Assembly: GCA_964019335.1 (NCBI GenBank)
Contig: OZ025652.1
Coordinates: forward strand, 248,001-312,000
Direction of reading: 5' to 3'
Source: Diplonema japonicum
Taxonomy: Eukaryota > Protista > Euglenozoa: Diplonemea
Length of the DNA: 64,000 nucleotides
Made by a program: the position numbers and the translations under genes. A model generated the notes under the pieces. It did no database searches and had not been told where the DNA came from. It worked only from the letters and a program-made list of their open reading frames with translations. Below are positions 41,601 through 53,600 of this stretch, piece after piece. How positions within the stretch are numbered: the first letter of the stretch is position 1; each line of letters starts with the position of its first letter.

Positions 41601-44600
41601 AAACTTTGCTGCCTGCTGCTTCGACGCAAGCTCGAGGTCCTTATGCTTCAAGCGATCGGCAAGCTGCTCTTCCGTAAGCTTCTCCTTCTCCGCGGCAGAC
41701 TGCTTCTGCTCATCCGCAAGCTTTGCGAGCTCATCATGCATCTCGTTCTCAAGCTTCTTTTTCTCTTCACTTGACAGCTCCCTTCCTCGAGAACGTGCCT
41801 CTTCTCTGAGCTGTTCCTTGTACCTCTCAGCAAGTTCTTTGGCCTCAATCTCGTCGAGCTCCTTCTGTTTTGCGGAAGCAAGCTCCATCTCAGCTTCCTT
41901 GGTCTGTTGCTTCTCGCGCTCAAGAAGCTCACGCTCCTTCTGCTGCTTCTTCTTCCTGCGGAACTCGCGCTGCCTGAGCTTGTCGTGCAGCATGCGGCGT
42001 TGCTTCTCAAACTCTTCCTCAAGCGACATGGTGCCAGCGTTCTTGCGTGCTTCGTACTCCGCGACGATCTTATCGACCTCCTCCTTTTCATCAATTTGGA
42101 TAGTCTTCTCGAGGCGCTGCTCGTCCTTGTGCTTGATTCCGAGCACCTTCTGCTTCTTCTCCTTACGTGCTTCAAGGTTACGGCGGATGACCTCCTTCTG
42201 TCCTTCGCGCACCTTCTTGTTCTCCATATTAATGAGCTCTAGGTCACGTTCGTACTTCTCCTTGAGTCTTTCACGCTCTTCGTCGCTAGTGGCATTACGC
42301 AGGTCTTCCTCTAGTTTCTTTGTCAGCTTGTCCTGAGCAATGCGCAGCTTGTCATCCATCGCCTCGTCGATGCGGTCGATCTCATTGTTTGCCTCGTGCT
42401 CAAGGAGCTCGAATTCGGCTTCACGCTCTTCGGCCTGCTTCGACTTCAATCCCTTCATTCGCGAGCGGTGCTCGCTCTTCAGCTCCTTCTGCTTGTCTGC
42501 TACCTCGGGGCTCTCCTCACCAACAATCTGCGGCTTATCAGGGCTGATAAGCGCCTTCTTCGTCTCTTCATTGGGCTGTTTGCCTTGCTCGCGTAGCCAC
42601 TGTTCGCGCTTCACCATCCTCTCCAGCCTCTCTTCTGCTGCCAATGACGGATCATCGCTGAGCTCAGCTGGCACATCGCCGGCTGCAATCTTGCTCCTTG
42701 CCTTCCCGGCTGCTAAGTGCAGAGTGGGGATCCTCTTGACCTCTTCCTCCTGAGATATCAGTTCTTGCGGCTCCTCAGGCTCCTTCATCAGTTTCGCTGC
42801 CTTGTACGCCGTCCTGGCCGCTGCTCTTGCGGTCCTTTCAGCCAACGGCAGCGACGGGTCGTCCTGCAGATCGCTGGGCAGTTGTGACATCTCCTCATGC
42901 GCTAGAAGGCCAGCCTTGAATGTGTCACGCAGGATAGCCCGCTTTTTCCTCTCCTCGGGAGACAGGTTGGGGTCATCGCGCAACATGCTGCTGATATTGT
43001 CCTCGAGGTTTTCTGCCTCCTTGGCACGCTTCACACCAGCTAGGAATGCCTTGCGTAGAAGCTCGCGTCGCTTCCTCTCCGTAGGTGCCAGGTCTTCATC
43101 ATCCTCCAGCTCTGCTGGCACGCCTGACTCTGGGTTGACAACGGCCACACGCCCCTTCTTGAAGGCCTCGATATTCGCCTCTTTCCTTTTCCTGTCCTCT
43201 TCCGACATATTCCCATCGAGGGCGATATCCTTTTGGGCGTCGATGCCCTGTCTCATTGCGTTGGTCATTTCGTTGGCCTGCACGCTGCCCCTTCTGAGGA
43301 GAGGGGCCACGCCTTCCTCCTCCTCAAGCTCAATAAGCATGCGCCCTGCCTTTCCAGCAAGACGTCCTTGCTTAGCAGCCTTCTGTGCAGAGCTGTCAGT
43401 AGCGTTCATGTCTTCAGGGAAGTCAGTTTCAGCTTCTTTTGCGGCAATACGCCCGCTTTGGAACGCTTCCGTGACGGCCTTTTTGTGCTCCTTCTGTTCT
43501 TGGGTCATTTCCGGGGTCTCCATCAGCTCTTCGCAGACGTTCAGCTGCTCCTGTGCGGCTTTACGGCCTTGCTTGAAGGCGTTCCTGAGGTGCCTTCTGC
43601 GTTCACGCTCCTCTGCGGGTAAGCTGTCGTCGTCAAGGATCTCTTTAGGGACGATGCTCGAGTCATCTCTGGCTGTTTGACCCTGGATGAACGCCTCCCG
43701 CTTTTCCAGTAGTTTCTGCCTTTCTTCACTAGAGAGCGTAGAGTCGTCCTGAAGCTCTTTAGGAACCTCGCCTGTTGGTGCAGCGCCGTCCCTACCATCC
43801 TTGAATGCGATACGCAGTGACTCCCTGTGCTTCAACTCCTCGGGCGTCAGACGGTCCTCCTCTGTTGTGAGCTCCCTGGCTGCCTCACCATGAAGGAAGG
43901 CCTCCTGGATGTCGTCGTCGAGTTCCACGATGTCCACAGGCGGCTTCTGGCCATCACGACCAGCCTTGAATGCAGCCTTCTTCGCTTCCAGTTTCTTCTT
44001 CTCCTCAGCAGACAGGCTCTCCGGTGCCTCTGGATCAAGAAGAGCGTTAGCGTTCTGTCCTTCGATGAAGGCCTCCTTCTGCGCCTGTCTCCTCCATCGC
44101 TCAGTGACAGACAGGGATTCGTCGTCCTCAAATTCGGGTGGCACAGCACCTTTCATGCCGCTCTCTCTGCCCTTTTTGAAGGCATCATTTAGCAACTGCT
44201 TGTGCTGCTTCTCCTTATCAGACTCAATTGTCTCAAGGGACGTGTATTTCTGTGCTGCTCTCCCTGTCTCGTAAGCTTCGCGCTGTGCAGCCAAGTCCTT
44301 CCTCTCCTCCGGCGACAGCTCCTCGTCGTCCTCAAGCTCGGGAGGCATGTTGGTGTCTTGCAAAGTAGAAGAGCGACCCTTCTTGAAGGCGTCTTTCATA
44401 GTCTGCATGCGCTTCTGCTCTTCATCTGACAATCCTTCCATCGGTGATAGGTCAGAGAGCATTGCTGCTTCTTGTCCCTTCTTGAAGGCAACAACCTTTT
44501 CGGGACTGTTCTTAAGGTCATCGGGCACAGGGCCTGTAGGGTTAACATCACGGCCACGGACAAAGGCTTCTTCAATCTCCTTCAGCTTCATATCGTTACT

Positions 44601-47600
44601 ATCTTGCGCTTCCGACATCGCCACACCCCTCCTGAACCACCTGAGCACTTCCTGTTTCGCTTCCGGTGGGCTGTCTGCAAGTTCATCTTCAAGTTCAGTG
44701 GGCAGCTCCCAAGAGCCGGTAGCGGCTTCACAACCCTTGGCGAATGCCTTCTGCAAGAGCTTGTTGCTAGCAACAGACTCATCCATGAGTCCGAGCCTCG
44801 CAGTTTCAGAACCTTCCATAAAAGCGTTGCGGAGCTCCTGTCGCATGGCACGTTCCGCTTCGGAAAGCTTAGGATCGTCCTTGTACGAGTCCGGCATCGG
44901 CTTGCCGTCCTTTCCAATGTTGAAAGCTTCTTTTACATTAGCAATGTGCTTGGTGTCTTCGGGAAGCAGCGTGGCAGCTGCTTGCCCCGCCCTGAATGCA
45001 CTAGCTGCCTCTTCATCCAGTTCCATAGGAGGGTTTTGAGCGTGGGGGGCAACTCTGCCACGCTTGAACGCAGCTTGAAGCTTCCCTCTCTGTGCCTGTT
45101 CAGCTTCGCTCAGCATAACAACCGGAGCCTCTGTGATGTCTCTGGCCAACTGTCCTTGCACGTAGGCCTCTAGAGCTTCTTTCTTGTACTCATCAGGAAC
45201 ATCCAGGTCTGGTGGCACTTCCCCATTGGGAAGTTTGCTGACTCTCCCTTGTAAGAAAGCGGCCTCAAGTGCTGCTTGTTTCTTCAGTTCATCTTGCGTC
45301 TTCCAAGTATTGGCATTCGTCAGATCTCTAGACGATCTCCCTTGTTCGTATGCCTCTACAAGATCCGTGTCCTTAGCGTACTCCGGCGGGCAAGGGGCAT
45401 CAGCAGATGGTGCCTGCAAACCTGCAATAAAGGCATTGCGGAGCTGGTCGTGCTTTTCCTTCAGGCTGCCTGTCAACGTGGTAGCCGATGAAACCTCCTT
45501 CTTCGACCACTGTCCTTGGCTGAAGGCAAGCGCAGCAGCTTGTCTCGACCATCTCTCTTGCACAGGCAAACTCTCGTCATCTGCGTACTTCTCAGGCACT
45601 TCTCCGAACGGCAAGTCGCTCTCCATGCCCTCCTTAAAGGCGTGCTTGAGAGCATCTTTGTTTTGCTGATCGTGCACATCCTTCAATGCAGCAGCATCAG
45701 AAGGTGTCAACATCGACAGTGGGACTCCCTTCAGCTCCACGGCCGCCTTGCCTTCGTTGAAAACTTGTTCGAGCTGCTGCTTCGCCTCGTCGTCGTCCTC
45801 AAGTTCTTCGGGGATATCAAGTGTGTTCTGCGCCTTGCGGCCCGTCATGAAAGCCTGACGCAGCTCGGCCCTCTTCTTCCTCTCTTCAGGAGCCAGCGTT
45901 TCGTCGTCGAGCATGGATTCAGGGATGGCTTGCTTTTTGTCAGCTTCTTGCTGCTGCTCAGCTGCCTTTTGCCAGATTTCTCTCAACTCAGCACGTTTCT
46001 CTCTTTCATCTGCAGGAAGCGTTTCATCGTCCAACAGCTCTTCAGGTATCTCCCCTGCCTGCACGACCTTACGCCCCTTCGCGAAGGCTTCACGCATTAC
46101 TTTCCTCTTCGCCCTCTCTTCCTCTGGCAGTGACGGGTCGTCCTCCATCTCCTTGGGGATCTCGACAGCGGGAACTGCTTCCTTTCTAAGCTCTGAAGCC
46201 TTGCCCTGCAAGAATGCCTCGCGCTGTGCCTGACGCAGCTCCGGATCACTGGCCATTACGTCCAGATCAGCATCCAGTTCTGCTGGAGCACTACCGTCAA
46301 GATCTGCCTTCTTCGCAGCCATCTCCCAGACCTCACGGAGCTCTGTGTTGTGTTTTATCTCCTCAGGGATAGCCTCCTCGGCAGCCTGTTTGCCCTGCTG
46401 GAAAGCAGTTTCCTGCCTCTCCATGATAGTCTGCTTCTCAGTAGCTGTGAGGGTCATGCCATCAGGCACAAGGGGTTTCGAGAATGAGATTCCTTTACCC
46501 TCCAGGACAGCATCGGTAGCCTGCTTGACGGGCGTAGTTGGCTCCTTCTCCTCAGCAGGAGCGTCGCGTGCAACAAGCAGGTTGTGCCAGTTGCTCTCTC
46601 GTTCAAGACCTGCCTTCAGCCTGTCTTCAGTAGAGGCCGAGCGGACATCTGTGATGTTGCTTGGAGTGAAGGCATTGCTTCTGGCCCACTGATGACGCCT
46701 CAGGAGGCGGTCCAGTCTCTCTTCCAAAGGCTGTGCTGCATCTTCAACGTCACCATCAGCGATGGACACAGCAACGGTACGTCTCCACTGGTCACGCTGA
46801 GCTGCTGTGTTCACGTAGTCCTCGTCAGAAGCAGACGGATCTTCTTTGAGCTCTGCAGGCATGTCTTGTTCCAAGCTGTGTAAGTTCAGGCCGGTCCTCT
46901 TGTGTTCACGCTTCTCTGCCCTGCTCCTGCGCTCCTGCACAGAAAGCGCCGTGTCATCTGCCAGTTTCAAATCGCACGAGATGCAAGTGTCATCAGGCAC
47001 CATGTCGTTAGCCCTCTTCCACTCTTCCCTCACAAGCATTCTGCTGACCCTGTCGTCCATTTCGAGGGACGAGTTGTCCTTCAGCTCCTCAGGTAGGTCG
47101 GCCTCGTCGGCAAGGTTATTCTGGTTCCTCCAGTTGTTGCAGGCAAGGACTCTCTCGATACGCTCGTTGCGGCTGGCTTCAGGGTCATCGAGCATCTCGA
47201 AAGGACACTGCCCGTTTCTCCTCCACTGCTCCCTGAGCAGCAGCCTGCGGAGCCTCTCCTCAGCAGGCAGGCTCTCGTCATCGATGATGCTTGTTGGCAT
47301 GACGTCTTCCTCGTTCTTCTTAACTTCTGCCAAGCGCTTCCATTCCTCACGCTTCTTCATGCGGTTGATGCGCTCCTTGTCGGAGATGAACTTGTCGTCC
47401 TTCAGCTCGTCGGGCATGTCTAGGTGCTCGAGAGCCTCGCCTGTGTCGTCTTCGGAAACAGGCGAGTCGGGTGGCGGGGAGCTGGCCTCGTTCTCGAAGA
47501 CCTGGAGGGCGGGAGGGCCGTCCTCGTAGAGCCCTTCCTCTTCATCACTCGAGACCTCCACATTGAGGTGCTTCTTCAGGACGTCCAGAAGCTCTTTCTT

Positions 47601-50600
47601 CATGTTGTCGGGGATGTCGGCGTCCTTGTTGCGGAGCTCTTCCTGATCAGTCTGCAGTTTGTTGAACATCTCTTTCAGCGCTTCGGTCTCACCGTAGATC
47701 TTGTCATACAGCATGACCTGCTGGTCCGCTTGGTTGGCAAGCTGCGACACGATATGGATAGTTTGGTCCTCCAGCTTGTCGTACAACGTGCGCACGTTGA
47801 AGCCCTCCAGATCGACCTGTCTCTCGTAGTCCCAGAACTCGTCTTCCATGGCCTCCAGGTCAACACCTGTGGGTTGAACCACAGCAGTGCTCCTGTCGAT
47901 GAGCCCTACATTGGTGATGTCCCCGTTGTTGGTGATGAGCTTTTCGTAAGTAGGCGAATTCTCGTCCATGCACTGCTTCACGAAGTCAGCTGCCATGGCG
48001 TCACTGTTTGGAACAGCGAACACGAAGTCAACAATGGCGGATCCTTGCGTCACAGAGAGAATCTCGACACACTTCTCTGAGACGCTCATGATGCTCGCTA
48101 CGTCGTTGATGAAGAGGTACCTGTCGAAGGCGGAATACTCCATGTTAAAGGTTAAAGTTACGGCCTTCCCGCCGTTTACCTTAGGAGCAGCCGTAGCTAG
48201 TTCCTCGAATTCAAGCGAGGCGGCGCTAACATCCGCCCTCACAGTGGCGGCAAAGGCCTGGCTTACGAGCTCGCCCGAGATGAAGTCCGCGTTCAGCACG
48301 ACAGCGTTTCCGCGGATGTCAGTGTCATCGACCTTGAGCAGCGTGAACGGCGGGACGATGTGTTCCGCCTCGTCGGGGTACTGACCGCACCCTGCAAGCG
48401 GGATGCTGTGCTGCAATCCTGTGAGGATGATACCCACAGATGAGTCTTCCTCCTGAATACTCCTGACCCCCCCCTGGTTGAACGTGAATCCTGTGGGACA
48501 GGTAAGTCCCACCTCTTTCGAAGGGATGACGTTCTCAAGCTCAGCACGGGGAACATTCTTGAAAACGGCGCAGATGGGCTGCAACTGAGCGGGCTCCGTG
48601 AGGGACAAAGTGGTCCCAAGGAACTTGCACCAGGCCTGCAGGTCGTCGCGTTCCATCGCAAGACGCTTGCGCATGATGTCATGAAGGACAAGAGAAACGC
48701 TAGTGTTCCTGCTCTTGTACTGCTCCCAATGGTCGTCCTGACACTGATCGTATGCAGGCGGTGCGTCGGTGAAACCAAGCAAACGGTCGACGTCAGCACC
48801 TTCTTGCGTGAGCAACACAATGCACAGTACTTCTATAGACGGCTTGTTCATTAGCTCCATCTCTGCCAGCTGATCGCAAACCACTGCAAGGACAGCCTTA
48901 GGATCAGACCTATCGGGGAAATTGAGATTTGCCGCAAGTTCGTCGATCACAGTTCCTGGTTTTTCAGCGTACATGCGCTGAACGGTAGCGCGGAGGTCGC
49001 TCATGGTCTCTTGAGCATCGCCCTCCTCCATGCCAGGGTGCAGCGGAGGGCCGCCTGAGTTCCACTTTGCACCAGAGCTGGGACCGCTCCCAGGATGTCC
49101 AAGAGTGCGGACGGCTTCCTTGATCCTGTCGACTTGCTCTGTGGTCACCTTGCCGGAAGCAACACATGCATCGATAGGCGATACAGACATAGGTAGGCCA
49201 CCACCCGCAATATGAGGCATACTGTCCGCCTTCAGTTGGATACGCTTCGTTGCCGATCCCTTTGAAGCAACAGCAGCAAAACCACCGTGCTCCAAAGCAT
49301 TCATTCCCAACGTGCGGTACTTGGGGACCGAAGAGCCAACCATGCCCCATGTCTGCACTCTGAAGTGCCACAATCCTGCAATGACACCAATCACCAGGAT
49401 GAAGAGCCCAACAAGCAGTACACCAATGAGGACCCAATCAGGTGCCAAGATGATGTTGTTACTCCTCGACACTCCGAAAGACACTAGCACCGTGTCAGTG
49501 ACGGGCTGCACCTGGGAGTTTGATGGACACCTTTGGTGCGGCTCCACAACACGGATAATAGTCAGAACGTTCTCGTCACAGAAGGCAGGGTGGGAAGTGC
49601 ACTGCATAAAGACATAGACACCAGCTTGGTTGAAGGTCGCTATGAAACTTGTTGGCGGGTTCTGACCATTGAGCTGTGAAACCAGCTCACGGAAAAGACC
49701 AGCATCGAAGAAGAGGTTCGTATTGAGAAGGGAGTCCTTGAAGTACTTAGGGTATGACACGCTAACGTCGAACAGTAACCCTTCACCGCTGTTGAGACAC
49801 ACGGCTGGGTTAGGGATGGACTTGACCACAGTGGTGGCCTGCAGGAGGCGCCTGCTTGTCGCAGAGTGAGCCGACGCAGTGGAACTGTTGCCACTGCTGG
49901 CTGTCCCGCCAAGCATGTTTTCGATGAGCCAGTCAGGAGGGTCGTATACGCCCTCGCTCTGTGTCGTCGATGCCTGCATGACACGCAATTTGCAGGTTGC
50001 GGTTGTCGAGCAATTGTGGCTCGACCCACCAAACAAGCCGCTGCTGGTCAGAGACATCGTCTTTTCCACGCCGTCCTTCGTGTACACGACCAGCCCATTG
50101 CGGATGGAGACTGTTGCCTCGCTTGCTCTGCATGCTTCATCGCACACGTCGTTCGGTAGCTTGATGGAATCACACTTGCATATACCGACAGTCGGGTCAG
50201 CTGTCCCTTGGGCGTTCGGACACGCCTTGCACAGCGTAGCCACATCAGTAACGCAGCTTCCGCCTGAGGCACGTACGGTGCCCGGTGCACACCTGTCGAG
50301 GATTCGCTCCTGGCAAGCAATAGTCGAGTCTTCGTCTGAAAGCCTGAAGTTCTCGTCATAGTAGATATAGTTCGGTTTGCAGATGCACGACTTGTCGCTC
50401 TGTTGGAAGACTCTGTTCAACCCCAAGCACTCGCACACAGTGGCACCAACCTGCGACGTGGACGACCTTCCGCAATCCTGGCAGCGGTCTTGCGCCCACA
50501 AACTATTGTAAGAATCCGCTGGGCAGTTGAGGCACGCTTCTCTTCCCTTACCTTTTGTATCCGGGAAGTACGTCCCTGGCGAGCAAGGCTCTTCCACGGT

Positions 50601-53600
50601 CGCACCTGCAATGCAGTAATGACCCACAGGACATGGATACCCGCCATCTCTGACACGGCTTTCGGGTGTAGGCGATGAAGCACCTTCAAGACAGATATAG
50701 CCTGCTTCGCACGTTGTGCACCACAGAGTGTTCGTGCTGTAAGTGCCTGCCGGGCAGATTGTGCAAGATTCGTTCAACTCGCCCCTGATAGCTGTGTCAT
50801 TGTTGCTTGCGTACCCGAACGGGCACAAGAAGGGAACACTGTTGTATCCTGGGCAGTACGTCCCGTTGGCACACGGTATGGGGTAGCTCGAAAGCGAGGG
50901 GCAATAGTATCCTGGCGGACACGGTTCTTTTGTCTTCCCGTCACTACAGTAGAAACCAGACGGGCAGTGAAGGGGGGCCGCCGACCTCTCAGGGCAGAAC
51001 GTACCCTCAGGGCACGCGTAAAACGTGGATGACTCGGGACCGCACCAGCTACCAAACGGACAAGGAAGGCATGCCGTAGAGGTCGTTGCTTTCCCACCCC
51101 CGTGTGGCTGGTAGGTACCAGCAGGGCAAGGGAAGTAGTTGACATGGCCTGCATCTGAATAGTGACCCGCTGGAGTGGGGAAATCTTCATATGTGACCGT
51201 TCCCTCGTTCGCACAGAAATATCCTGCTTTGCAGGCAAGACACCAACTCAGGTCTTCTGCTCTCGCCAGCCCATTGTAAGTACCTGGCGGACAAGGTTTC
51301 ATATCTTGACCCAACTCACAGTAGAACCCAAGCGGACATTCGTACTTCCCTGTGGCGTATTCGGGGCAGAAATACCCACTTGGACATATCTCACACTGCT
51401 CAGGCCAGCCAAGACCCTCCCTCAGACCTACTGTACCATTAGTGCAAGGCAGCATTCTGTCTGTCCCCTCTGGGCAATAGAAGCCTAGCGGGCAGATGTA
51501 TCCGACAGTTGTCTCAGTTGTGTTGCCCGTTTCCTCCTTGTATGGCAATCTGGGATCAGGTACGTAGTTGCCTTGTTTGCACAGGAAGCCTGCCGAACAG
51601 GGGCCTGTGATGGTACCGTTGTTGCAGTACATCCCAGGAGGGCATATGACGCATTCCTCGACCTTTCCAAGGGAGATGCCGTTCGGGTCCACAGGGGCGT
51701 ACGTCCCTCTCGGACAGATCAGAGGGTATGCGGTGCCGGCTGGACAATAGTGGTATGAAGGACACTCCGTAGGCTTCTCAGCAGCAGTGTTGCAGTAGTG
51801 GTGTGCAGGGCACGTTTTGCAAGTTTCTTGAACCATCTCATCGGTGTACGTGCCGTCGGGGCACGCCTCGGGACTGATCGAGCCAGCAGGGCAGTAGTGC
51901 CCGTACGGGCACATCTTGTCGGTGGGGTCCTCTCTCGTTTCACCGTGACCACAGTAAAAGCCTGCTTTGCAAGGACCTGTGCCCTGGTTTGTGGCAACAC
52001 CCATCTCGCTGCAGTACCTCCCTGCAGGGCATGGTTGGCATGTCAGGTCGTTCTCAGCCTGCCTTGCTTCCGAGAAAGTCGAGATGGGGCAACGCGTTCC
52101 GAGGTCGCCAGTGCCGGTGCGACAGTACCTGCCTGCCGGGCACCTATCACCAACGCTCGAACCCTGCACTTCAGCAAGCGGCGTCGGTGTTTCGGAACCC
52201 TGTAAGCAGTAGTATCCTTCTCTGCAGTCACCTGTCTCAAGGATGGCAGCAGGGTTCTTGCAGTACCTTCCGGGCGAGCACGGAAGACATTGCGATACGT
52301 CGTAGAGCGATGTGGTGTTCGAGTAAGTACCTCGCGGGCATGGGAACTGGTGCATAAGGGATGTCCCTGATGGGCAGTAGTACCCAGGCAGGCAGTACAC
52401 GGGTACAATAAAGTCCTGCCCAAGGTACCAAGGAGGACCTCGTTGTTCGTACAGATTGCAACTCGCACCTTGCGGACACTGATCACACGACCCACTGTTG
52501 TCACGCGCTGCTGGGACGTACGTGCCGTAAGCGCATTGTTGGGGGGCAGCGGACCCTTGCGGGCACTGGTACCCGCCAGGACACTCCAAACTTATCGGTC
52601 GTGAGTTGTTGTTACTGCCAGGGCAGTACCACCCAGCATCACACTCGCCATCAGGAGCACCTTTACCACCAAGGCAGTAGCTCCCAGGGGTGCACTGAGT
52701 GCAATCCGCCTCAGCTCCCAAGGCATTCCTTTGACCAAACGTGCCGATGGGACACGGCACCGGTGCTGTGGTTCCCTCAATGCAGTAGAACCCGATAGGG
52801 CACAAACCGCCGCTGCCCTTACTCGTGGATTGTGGGTTGCTGACATCAACTCCATTGTAGCAGATGTGACCCTTTTTGCAGTCCTCATTGGGGAGGGCAA
52901 GACCTTCAACCGAACACGCCTTTCCTGGGTCGCACTCGAGGCAGTCCAAGACGCTCGTTGCGTTCTGGTTTGGACTGTATGTGCCTGTCGGGCAGGGCTC
53001 TTCTGTCGGCGATGTCGAGTTGGTAGGGCAGAAGTAACCAGCGTCACATGGCCTGGGTATAGTGTAGGTACGGCTGGCCCAAGAGTCACTGGCGTCGGGA
53101 CGGCAGTAGTACCCAGCAGGGCAGTCCACACAGTCAGTCTGCCCTGGTTCAGGTTGATATTGTCCCCATGGGCACATGAGTGGCTCCGATGTATTCCCAG
53201 GGCAGCTGTAGCCCACAGGACACAAGTGCGCGGGGGGTTCCCTGACGGACTGTCCAGCCGGACAGTAAAATGTTGCTGCGCAGTCGCTGTCGGGTTTGGG
53301 AAGACCGGTTGTAGTGCACGATGCGCCAGGTGTACACGGCTCGCAGTCATTCACACTGATTCCGCCCTCTGCATCGAGCATAAACCCAATTGGGCAAGGA
53401 ACAGGGTCACCTGTGCCCGAAGGACAGTAGTGCCCCAGAGGGCACTTCTGCCCTGTGATCCCATCAACAGGTGAAGGTGTAGTTGCACTACCCGAACAGT
53501 AGTAACCCTCCGTACAGTGGTACTGAGATTGCCCGATCGTAGAAGAAATGATACCCGGACTTCCATCGCAGAATTTACCTGGGGGACACGACGCACAGTC

